Below, one piece after another: positions 39,835 through 47,733 of a stretch of DNA of 61,108 nt; the first letter of the stretch is position 1, and every line of letters starts with the position of its first letter. This stretch comes from an uncultured Anaerolineae bacterium (GTDB lineage: Bacteria > Chloroflexota > Anaerolineae > JACRMK01). The DNA is taken from positions 1 to 61,108 of the forward strand of contig CAZDYP010000001.1 of NCBI GenBank assembly GCA_964509505.1, read 5' to 3'. The translations under genes and the position numbers were made by a program. The notes below the pieces were generated by a model, which did not search any database, had not been told where the DNA came from, and saw nothing but the letters and a program-made list of their open reading frames with translations.

Positions 39835-40086
39835 CTATGACCGCTCGACGACCTCGTGAATCTCGTCAGCGGCGAGGCCATGCGCCTCGCGGTGCACGCG
39901 CTCGGCGGCTTCTTTGTTCGGCGCCTCGACCAGACAGAAGATCGTCCCATTCTGCTCGTCAAACCAATACTTCAGATATTTGACGCCGTACTTGCTTTGC
40001 ACCTCAAGGTCTTTGAGGTGCGCGCCCGCGACCGCCGTTTCCGTCACGCCGGGCACGTGCTTGTGAACGTCCAGATACAGTGGCAT
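39835..40086 (-). CDS. DUF4242-like small protein
   Basis: ATG 40086 gives MPLYLDVHKHVPGVT..HLKDLEVQSKYGVKYLKYWFDE..GTIFCLVEAPNKEAAERVH; family assignment from memory. Confidence 0.6.
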   Translation of the reverse strand: MPLYLDVHKHVPGVTETAVAGAHLKDLEVQSKYGVKYLKYWFDEQNGTIFCLVEAPNKEAAERVHREAHGLAADEIHEVVERS

Positions 40087-40317
40087 TGTCCCTCCTTTAC
40101 TTCCCGCCAATGAGTTTTCCGAGTGGAAAATCCTAAAAGATCTCTGAGACTTTTTAGGGTTTCACGGATGTCACCATTAAAACACATTGCGTGCAGGTTG
40201 TCATCGGCTGAATTAGCTATTTTTTAGCTATTTTTATAGGCGTTACGCAGTGGGGAACATGTCACCGCGAAGATATGAAGCACGTGAAGAATTCTTAGGG
40301 TGATAGTGTGGAGATAG

Positions 40318-42867
40318 TTACTTGAGGGCTGTTTTGACCAAGCCTCTTTCCAGCGCCCACGAGGCGATTTGTGTGCGCGAATTGAAGCCCAGCTTATTGA
40401 GGATGTGCGCGACGTGCGCCATTACCGTATATTCGCTGAGGACGAGCGTCTCGGCGATCTCGCGGTTAGTTTGGCCCTGTGCGATGAGCGCTGCCACCTC
40501 GTGTTGGCGGGCGGTGAGGCCGTCGAAATGTTGTGGCTTGCTCTGTGACGTAGGGGGTGCAGGTGAGGCGTCGGCGGCTTGGGGTGTTTGAGGTTCACTG
40601 AGCGCGTAAGCCACGACTTGCTCCAGTGTCAGTGCTTGACCTTCGGCGTAATACCGCGCAAACGTCGTCGGCGTCAGTGCGGCGCGCGCAGCGGCGAGGT
40701 GGCGGTCGTAGCTGGAACGGAAGTGATCCTGAGGCGGCAAGACCTCATCCAACGGTAAGCCTACGACCTCGATTGCGCCGATGAGCTGCGCGGCGCGGCG
40801 TGCATCCTTGTATGTCAGCGCAACGCTACACAGGCTAGTGAGAATTAAGACGATGCCGACTTTTTCCCCTAGCTCATACCGCAAACGGAGACCCTCTCTT
40901 AGAAACGTGAGAGCCTGCTCAGGCTGTCGCTGTAACAGCGCGATGAAACCCAAATTTTGCAGCGCTTCGGCGACGCCGTCGTTGTAACCAATGGCGCGGT
41001 AGAGCGCAAGGCACTCTGTAAAATGGCGTTCAGCCTGTTCGTATAAGCCCTGCATCCAATAGATGTCGCCCAGCGAGCTGTGCGCGTCGGCTATCCCTTC
41101 GCGATCACCTGCCGCGCGCCGCAATGCCAAGGCTTCTTGCAAATATGTCGTCGCCGTCGGGTAATCGCGTGCGCTCATCGCCAAACGCCCCAAATCGCGC
41201 AAGGGACGACTGATGCCCCACGTGTCATCGAGTGCGCGGAAGATGACGAGGCTCTGCTCATAAAGCGTGCGGGCGCGGGTCAGGTCGCCTTGCCGCGCAC
41301 ACACGCGCCCCAAACGGTCAAGCGCGTAAGCATAGGTCCAGCGGTCGCCTACCTGCTCCGCTTTGACGATACATTGCTCGAATGAGCTGCGCGCTGCCTC
41401 GAGATCTCCCTGAGTCCACGTGATTGTGCCAAGTCCCAACAATGCCTGCGCATAAGCGCGTTGCCAGCCTGGGCCCCTGTTGGAGGCTGGTGTTTGATTG
41501 GCTCGTTGCACCATGCGTTCAAGCCAATGGCGACTATGCTGGAAGTCGCCGCGCAGCTCCCAATACCACCAAAGTACCGCCACCAGTCGCAGGCCGGCTT
41601 CGATGTTGTTTGAATCCAGCGCCCATGCCAGCGCCGCGTTGAAATTGCTGTCGTCGGAGCTGAACCGACCAACCCACACCTCTTTATCTGCCCCACGCAA
41701 ATGCGGCGCGGCTACTTCTATCGCCGTCACGCAATAATCCAGCTGGCGCGTACGCCAGGCGGTTTCCTCACCTGCCGCACGCAGCTGCTCCCACCCATAC
41801 TGCCGAATGGGTTCGAGCAACCGATAGCGCGCCTGTCCAAATTTTTCTCGCTCAACTACCAAGATCAACGACTTGTCAATCAGACGAGCGAGCAAATCGA
41901 GCACGTTTGTTTGGGTGACACTTTCATACGTGCAGCTGGCTTCGACGGCCTCTAGCGTGAAACTACCCACGAACACCGACAACCGTCGTAACAACACGCG
42001 CTCAGGTTCGGAGAGCAGCTCGTAGCTCCAATCCAGCGCCGCCCGCAACGTCTGATGACGGGGCACGGCGGCGCGTTGTCCATTGGTCAACAGATAGAAG
42101 ATGTCATCCAACCGCGCCGCAATTTGCTCAACCGCGAGCAACTTGGCGCGCGCCGCCGCCAACTCAATTGCCAACGGTAAGCCATCGAGCCGTTGGCAAA
42201 TCTGCGCTGCGGCCTGCGCGTTATGGGCATGCAATGTGAAGCTGGGCACAACCTCTTTGATGCGCGCCGCCAACAATTGGATGGTCTCGCATTGCGCTAA
42301 TTGCTCAAGGGAAAATTGAGTGGTGGGTGTGGGGAGTTGCAGCGGTGGAACTGACCAAACCGTTTCGCCTTGAATCATCAGAGCCTCGCGGCTGGTCGCC
42401 AGAATCCGCAGCCAAGGACAAGCGCGCAATAGAGCGTCAGTCAATGCCGCGCACGCGGCGATGACGTGTTCGCAGTTGTCCAACACCAACAACACTTCTT
42501 TGTGGCGCAGCGTGTGTGCCAACGTTTCGCGCAAGGGGCGCTCAGGTTGTTCGCGCACGGACAACACGGAGGCAATCGCTTGGGGTAGCAACGCGGGGTC
42601 GGAGAGGGCGGCGAGCTCGACCCACCACACGCCATCGGAGAAAGCGTCGAGCATGTCACTGGCGACGCGCAAGGCGAGGCGGGTCTTACCGATGCCGCCC
42701 GCGCCGGTCAGCGTCAAGAGGCGCGTTTGCGCGAGCAACTGCTTGACCTCGTGGATGGCTTGGGTACGGCCTATGAAGCTGGTGAGCTCGCTAGGGAGGC
42801 TGTGGGGTGGAGTGGCGTCTGCATGAAGTGTGTCCTCAGCGCGCGTATGAGTAAACTGTGTAACCAC
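40318..42867 (-). CDS. large ATP-binding LuxR-family regulator (STAND NTPase + TPR + LuxR HTH), copy 3, lacking the repeat insertions
   Basis: 849 aa; Walker A GAGGIGKTRLA, VLLVLDNCEH, TPR region, C-terminal LTARQHEVAALIAQGQTNREIAETLVLSEYTVMAHVAHILNKLG. Confidence 0.85.
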   Translation of the reverse strand: MVTQFTHTRAEDTLHADATPPHSLPSELTSFIGRTQAIHEVKQLLAQTRLLTLTGAGGIGKTRLALRVASDMLDAFSDGVWWVELAALSDPALLPQAIASVLSVREQPERPLRETLAHTLRHKEVLLVLDNCEHVIAACAALTDALLRACPWLRILATSREALMIQGETVWSVPPLQLPTPTTQFSLEQLAQCETIQLLAARIKEVVPSFTLHAHNAQAAAQICQRLDGLPLAIELAAARAKLLAVEQIAARLDDIFYLLTNGQRAAVPRHQTLRAALDWSYELLSEPERVLLRRLSVFVGSFTLEAVEASCTYESVTQTNVLDLLARLIDKSLILVVEREKFGQARYRLLEPIRQYGWEQLRAAGEETAWRTRQLDYCVTAIEVAAPHLRGADKEVWVGRFSSDDSNFNAALAWALDSNNIEAGLRLVAVLWWYWELRGDFQHSRHWLERMVQRANQTPASNRGPGWQRAYAQALLGLGTITWTQGDLEAARSSFEQCIVKAEQVGDRWTYAYALDRLGRVCARQGDLTRARTLYEQSLVIFRALDDTWGISRPLRDLGRLAMSARDYPTATTYLQEALALRRAAGDREGIADAHSSLGDIYWMQGLYEQAERHFTECLALYRAIGYNDGVAEALQNLGFIALLQRQPEQALTFLREGLRLRYELGEKVGIVLILTSLCSVALTYKDARRAAQLIGAIEVVGLPLDEVLPPQDHFRSSYDRHLAAARAALTPTTFARYYAEGQALTLEQVVAYALSEPQTPQAADASPAPPTSQSKPQHFDGLTARQHEVAALIAQGQTNREIAETLVLSEYTVMAHVAHILNKLGFNSRTQIASWALERGLVKTALK

Positions 42868-43120
42868 GTCACTCCTGAGGATTGACGCAAGTGTTGAGAA
42901 GTAAGCCGATACACGAACGATAACCGAATTGAGGTTGAGAAATTTTACTACAACTGCGCGTTAGAGCAATAGTGTCCAACGAACTTTTATGATACGCTCT
43001 CAAATTTGTGCGGCAACGCGCGACGCGAGCTGCGTTTTGCCCGCGCCGTCTGTGCCGCCTATGGCGATTTTCAGAGGCGTGCTATGATTAGGCATATTCG
43101 TAGCAGAGGATTCCTGTCCG

Positions 43121-46100
43121 ATGCGTCCTTTCATCCCTCATTTTATCCACCGCCAATTTGTCGCGCGGCGTCTGCAAGGTCGCTTCCACGCCGTCGCGCT
43201 CTTCGTTGATCTCTCTGGCTTCATGCCACTCACCGAAGCGCTGATGCAGCACGCAAAGGATGGCGCGGAAATTTTGACCGACGCGCTCAATCACATTTTC
43301 ACTCAGCTCGTGCATGAAGTCTATGCGCGCGGCGGCTTCATCTCCAATTTCGCGGGCGATGCGTTCACGGCGTTGTTTCCCTTGAATGCCAAGCAAGCGG
43401 CGCCACACGCGACACGCACTGCGTTCTTCGTGCAAGCGTTCTTTGCAAAGCATCATACCCTACATACGAAGTATGGCGCTTTCGAGTTGGGTGCGAAGTG
43501 CGGCCTCGCAGTGGGCGATGTTCAGTGGGGCATTCTCGGCGAGCAAGACCGCTACACCTATTTCTTTCGCGGCGAGGCAATAGATGCTTGCGCGACGGCG
43601 GAGCATCACGCAGAGCGCGGCGAGATTGTCGTAGAGCAAGCAGTGTGGTCACGGTTGGGCGACGCAGCGCAAACTGAACCGATACCCAACACGCCTTATC
43701 ACAAACTCGTCGCGGATCAAAACGCGTTGCCAACCAAGCGTATTCGCCCCCCAGTACTCAACCATGATACCCTCGCGCGCTTCGTCTTGCCCGAAATCAT
43801 TGACCTGACTGCGCCTGCGGAGTTCCGTGAGGTGTGCAGTATTTTTATCTCCATTGAACAAACCGCGAACCATGAGGACTTTCATGCGTTCATCATCATG
43901 CTCAGGGCGTTGGTTGCGCAACATGGCGGCTATTTCAATCGCTTGGACTTCGGCGATAAGGGTGCAGTGGTGTTGGTGTTGTTTGGCGCGCCCATCGCGC
44001 ATGAGAATGACATAGAACGTGCAGTGAATTTCTTGTTGGCTTTGCAACAGTCACCGATTGCGGTGCGTTGGCGTGCAGGCTTGACAGTCGGCGCGGCGTA
44101 TGCAGGCATCATGGGTGGCAGGGAGCGTTGTGAATATACGGCGATGGGCGATGTGGTGAACTTGGCAGCCCGTTTTATGACACAAGCGTCGTGGAGTGAT
44201 GTGTGGGTCAGTGAAGCCGTGCAGGAACGCTTGCGCCACACACATCACTGGGCGGCGATAGGCAGCTTCTCTTTCAAAGGCGTGAGCAAGCCGATACCCG
44301 TCTATCGCCTAACGGGACAACAGGAGCATGTCGCGCGCGAGTTTTACACAGGCGAGTTGGTGGGGCGCGAAGCAGAGCTCGTGCAGTTGGAAACATTTGT
44401 CCAACCGATCCTAGACCCGAAGGGTTTTGGAAACCCTTCGGGTCTCGCGCGGTTCGCCGGCATCTTGTACCTTTACGGCGAAGCGGGCATGGGCAAGGGC
44501 CGCCTCGCGCATGAGTTTCGGCAACGCCTGACGCGCGCTTATGCGGTCAGTTGGTTCGTCTGCCCCGCCGAAGAAATTTTGCGTCAATCGCTCAACCCCT
44601 TCAAGTATTTTCTCCGCAACTACTTCGGGCAATCGGTCACGCACACACCCGCCGAGAATCGTAAGCGCTTCGACGCGCAATTGCAAAGCGTCATCGCGCG
44701 CTTGCCCGCGGCTCATCCTGACACACCTATGCTGCGTCACGAGCTGGAGCGCACCCGCTCGTTCTTGGGCGCGTTGGTCAATTTGCATTGGGACGATTCG
44801 CTCTACGCGCAAGTCGAGCCGCAACTGCGCTTTGAGAACACGCTCGATGCGGTCAAGCAGTTGTTGAAGGCGGAGAGTTTGCTGCAACCCGTCGTTCTCG
44901 TCGTAGAAGACACGCACTGGCTCGACGCCGATTCGCAGGCGTTGCTCACCATGTTGACGCGCAACATCGCCGCGTATCCCATCGCCATCCTGTGCCTCAG
45001 TCGCTATCAAGACGATGGGCGTCCCTTCGCGTTGCCCGTCGCGCCAGAGACGCCGCAGCAAACGCTCGACTTGAATCGCCTATCGCCCGATGGCTTGCGT
45101 GCGTTGGCGTCGCAAACGCTACGAGGCGCGGTGAGCGCGGCGCTGGTGGATTTTCTGGCGGAGAAGACCAACGGCAACCCGTTCTTGGTCGAGCAATTGT
45201 GTCAGCATTTGCGCGAGCGCACGTGGCTCACAACTGATGCGACAGGCGCGTACACCTTGTTGGGAACTCACACCGCCGAAGTGCCAGTCACCATCGGCGC
45301 GGTGTTGATTGCGCGTCTCGACCGCTTGACGATGGAGGTCAAAGCGGTGGTGCAAACGGCGGCGGTGTTGGGGCGTGAGTTCGAAGCGCAAATTCTCTCG
45401 AGGATGTTGAGCGATGACGTGCGGGTGACGGAGAAAATCAAACAAGCAGAAACAGAGGCAATCTGGTCGGCGCTGAACGAGATTCGCTACATCTTCCGAC
45501 ATGCGCTGTTGCGTGATGCCGCTTATGATATGCAGCTGCGCGCCCGTTTGCGCGACTTGCATCGGCTGGCGGGCGAAGCGTTTGAGCAAGTGTATGCTGA
45601 TGACTTAGATAGCCATTACGCGGACTTGGCGTATCACTTTGAGCAAGCGCAAGTGACCATGAAGGCGTTGGTCTATTTGGGGCAAGCAGGCGACAGCGCG
45701 AAAGCGGATTACCATAATCAAGCGGCGTTGGATTTCTACGCGCGTCGGATGACGTTGATGGTTGAGACGGAACAACCGATGGGGTGGCGCATCGCCACAC
45801 GCCTGAAGCAAGGCGAGGTGTTGGAGCTCATCGGCAAATGGAACGAGGCAGATGCGACGTACCATGAAGCGTTGCAGTGGGCGGTGCAAGCTAATGAGCG
45901 TGAATGGCAAGCGCGGGCGCATTACGCGCTCTGCGAATTGTTGCGGCGTAGAGGCAAATACGTCGAGTCACTCGTCTCCGCTGAGCAAGCATTGGTCTTG
46001 TTTGCAGCAATAGGCAACTCACAAGGCTTAGCACAAACATTTGGCACATTCGGTACGATTGCACGACAGCAGGGTAATTATGCGCAGGCAATGCAATGGT

Positions 46101-47011
46101 ATGAGCGACAACTGAAACTCGGTGAAGCGTTGAACGATCAAGCGGGGATTGCGGCAGCGATGGGGAGCATGGGCAACGCCTATCAAGAGCAAGAGCAACA
46201 TACGCAAGCGCTGACTTGCCATGCGCATCGCCTGCGCTTCTGTGAAGGACTCGGTGACAAACGGGGTATCGCTTCGGTCTTGAGCAATTTGGGGAATGTG
46301 CATGTCAGTGCGGGCGATTACGCACAGGCACTGGCGTGCTATACGCGTGGTTTACAACTCAGCGAAGAACTTGGCGACAAGCGCGTGATAGCTGTGACCG
46401 TCGGTAATTTGGGTGTTGTGTCTGAGGACTTAGGCGATTACGAGCAAGCCATGACGTATTACACGCGCAGTTTGCAAATTGGCGAGGAACTTGGTAATCA
46501 ACGCACCATCTCGATTGCCATCGGCAATCAAGGGAACATCCATCAGTTCAAAGGCAATTATCCACAAGCGCTCGTTTGTTACGATCAGGCGTTGGCTATC
46601 GCCCAGACCATTGGACTGAGATATTATGTGGCTGGCTATTTAATTGAAAAGGCTAGAGTCTTATTCAAACTGAACCAGCTGTCCGAAGCGCAGCGGATGG
46701 CTCAAGAGGGACTGACGCTTGCCAGAGCAGTCAATTTTCCTGACTACATTTTCAAAGGGCAGGTCTTGGCGACGAGCATTGCGTGGGCGCAAGGACAACG
46801 CATCGAAGCCACGCAACAATTGAGCGAACTCTTGGCGCAAACGCAAGCAAGTGGTGAGCAAGCGGACCTGCATTATGAGTTGTGGCACATGGCAGGCACA
46901 GAGGCGCATCGCGCGCAGGCGCTGGCTCTGTATCAGGCGTTGTTGCAACGCACGCCGAAGTTTGAGTGGAAGCAAAGGGTAGAGGAGTTGCAAGTGGCGA
47001 ATAGCGAATAG
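43121..47011 (+). CDS. adenylate/guanylate cyclase (two class III cyclase-homology domains) fused to a STAND AAA ATPase and TPR repeats
   Basis: 1296 aa; FVDLSGFMPLTE and IFISIEQ cyclase cores, GDVVNLAARF, Walker A GEAGMGKGRLA, VVLVVEDTHWLD, long TPR array (GNxxxxxGDYxxAL repeats). Confidence 0.85.
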   Translation: MRPFIPHFIHRQFVARRLQGRFHAVALFVDLSGFMPLTEALMQHAKDGAEILTDALNHIFTQLVHEVYARGGFISNFAGDAFTALFPLNAKQAAPHATRTAFFVQAFFAKHHTLHTKYGAFELGAKCGLAVGDVQWGILGEQDRYTYFFRGEAIDACATAEHHAERGEIVVEQAVWSRLGDAAQTEPIPNTPYHKLVADQNALPTKRIRPPVLNHDTLARFVLPEIIDLTAPAEFREVCSIFISIEQTANHEDFHAFIIMLRALVAQHGGYFNRLDFGDKGAVVLVLFGAPIAHENDIERAVNFLLALQQSPIAVRWRAGLTVGAAYAGIMGGRERCEYTAMGDVVNLAARFMTQASWSDVWVSEAVQERLRHTHHWAAIGSFSFKGVSKPIPVYRLTGQQEHVAREFYTGELVGREAELVQLETFVQPILDPKGFGNPSGLARFAGILYLYGEAGMGKGRLAHEFRQRLTRAYAVSWFVCPAEEILRQSLNPFKYFLRNYFGQSVTHTPAENRKRFDAQLQSVIARLPAAHPDTPMLRHELERTRSFLGALVNLHWDDSLYAQVEPQLRFENTLDAVKQLLKAESLLQPVVLVVEDTHWLDADSQALLTMLTRNIAAYPIAILCLSRYQDDGRPFALPVAPETPQQTLDLNRLSPDGLRALASQTLRGAVSAALVDFLAEKTNGNPFLVEQLCQHLRERTWLTTDATGAYTLLGTHTAEVPVTIGAVLIARLDRLTMEVKAVVQTAAVLGREFEAQILSRMLSDDVRVTEKIKQAETEAIWSALNEIRYIFRHALLRDAAYDMQLRARLRDLHRLAGEAFEQVYADDLDSHYADLAYHFEQAQVTMKALVYLGQAGDSAKADYHNQAALDFYARRMTLMVETEQPMGWRIATRLKQGEVLELIGKWNEADATYHEALQWAVQANEREWQARAHYALCELLRRRGKYVESLVSAEQALVLFAAIGNSQGLAQTFGTFGTIARQQGNYAQAMQWYERQLKLGEALNDQAGIAAAMGSMGNAYQEQEQHTQALTCHAHRLRFCEGLGDKRGIASVLSNLGNVHVSAGDYAQALACYTRGLQLSEELGDKRVIAVTVGNLGVVSEDLGDYEQAMTYYTRSLQIGEELGNQRTISIAIGNQGNIHQFKGNYPQALVCYDQALAIAQTIGLRYYVAGYLIEKARVLFKLNQLSEAQRMAQEGLTLARAVNFPDYIFKGQVLATSIAWAQGQRIEATQQLSELLAQTQASGEQADLHYELWHMAGTEAHRAQALALYQALLQRTPKFEWKQRVEELQVANSE
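44413..44445. repeat. 33-nt palindrome of the GACCCGAAGGGTT family, in frame in the cyclase-STAND gene
   Basis: AGACCCGAAGGGTTT-TGG-AAACCCTTCGGGTCT; translated LDPKGFGNPSGLA just upstream of the Walker A motif. Confidence 0.85.
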
Positions 47012-47049
47012 CGAATGGCCAATGGCCATCTGCCATCCGCCATCACCAG
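46994..47049. repeat. heptamer array (GCGAATA / GCCATCY words) spanning the cyclase stop
   Basis: GTGGCGA ATAGCGA ATAGCGA ATGGCCA ATGGCCA TCTGCCA TCCGCCA TCACCAG; supplies the C-terminal VANSE*. Confidence 0.75.
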
Positions 47050-47056
47050 TGGAGTA

Positions 47057-47065
47057 TGATATAAT
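47057..47065 (+). promoter_or_regulatory. extended -10 element TGATATAAT for the toxin-antitoxin pair
   Basis: TGnTATAAT at 47057-47065, GGAGG SD at 47073-47077, ATG at 47084. Confidence 0.45.
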
Positions 47066-47083
47066 TCTGTGCGGAGGTGTCGG

Positions 47084-47389
47084 ATGAGTAACTTGACTAT
47101 GACCATCACGCTGCGCGAGCCTGTGTACCGTGCGTTGACAGCGCAAGCAGCGCAACAACACCGCGCGCTTGACGAGCTCATCAACGAGCTGTTGGAGCAG
47201 GTGCTAGGCGCAGAGCGCGACGAATCGCAGGCATGGTATTGGACGGAGCGCTGGCAGGCGGGCGCGCGCGTAGCGGAGGCTGATTTGCAGGCTGGGCGTT
47301 ACAAAGATTTCGCGACGATGGACGAGTTCATCGCAGCGCTCGACGAACCATTGGAGGATGAGGCTGTGGACGAGAGCGCAAAGGTATGA
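47084..47389 (+). CDS. putative type II antitoxin
   Basis: Track ORF begins at GTG 47069; ATG 47084 has a proper SD; acidic C-terminus; ATGA overlap with the toxin gene. Confidence 0.6.
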   Translation: MSNLTMTITLREPVYRALTAQAAQQHRALDELINELLEQVLGAERDESQAWYWTERWQAGARVAEADLQAGRYKDFATMDEFIAALDEPLEDEAVDESAKV

Positions 47390-47655
47390 AGTATCGGCGC
47401 GCACGTCAATTTCACCGCGCTTATCATGCGTTGCCTGCGCCGATTCAGGAGAAGGTGAAGAAAGCTTTCAAGCTGTTTCAAGCCAATCCGCGCCATTCAT
47501 CGCTGGGTGTGAAGAAGATGCAGGGCAAAGCTGGTGTGTGGGAAGGTCGCATTGACCAGTTTTATCGTTTCGTCTTTCACTTCGACACGGATGAGCAAGG
47601 CGAGACGGTGTGCGTGTTCGACGACATCGGCCCGCATAGCATTTTGGACAAATAG
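47386..47655 (+). CDS. RelE/ParE-family type II toxin
   Basis: 89 aa; F..AY..LP..IQEKVKKAFKLFQANPRH.SL..KKMQG...VWEGRID..YRFVF pattern typical of RelE/ParE toxins. Confidence 0.7.
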   Translation: MKYRRARQFHRAYHALPAPIQEKVKKAFKLFQANPRHSSLGVKKMQGKAGVWEGRIDQFYRFVFHFDTDEQGETVCVFDDIGPHSILDK

Positions 47656-47668
47656 CGCAATAACAGTA

Positions 47669-47733
47669 GCGAATGGCGAATAGCGAATGGCGGATGGTTT
47701 TCAACTATCCGCCATCGGCTATCTGCCATCGGC
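47669..47733. repeat. heptamer hairpin between convergent toxin and giant genes (bidirectional terminator candidate)
   Basis: GCGAATGGCGAATAGCGAATGGCGGATGG, loop TTTTCAACT, ATCCGCCATCGGCTATCTGCCATCGGC; about 21 of 27 arm positions pair, one of them a G-U; right arm reaches the giant gene stop. Confidence 0.7.

Noticed and set aside
40214-40236. Tandem 11-nt duplication TAGCTATTTTT x2 downstream of LAL-3
   Set aside because: Two copies only, AT-rich spacer, no associated structure or gene. Probably a trivial slippage product.
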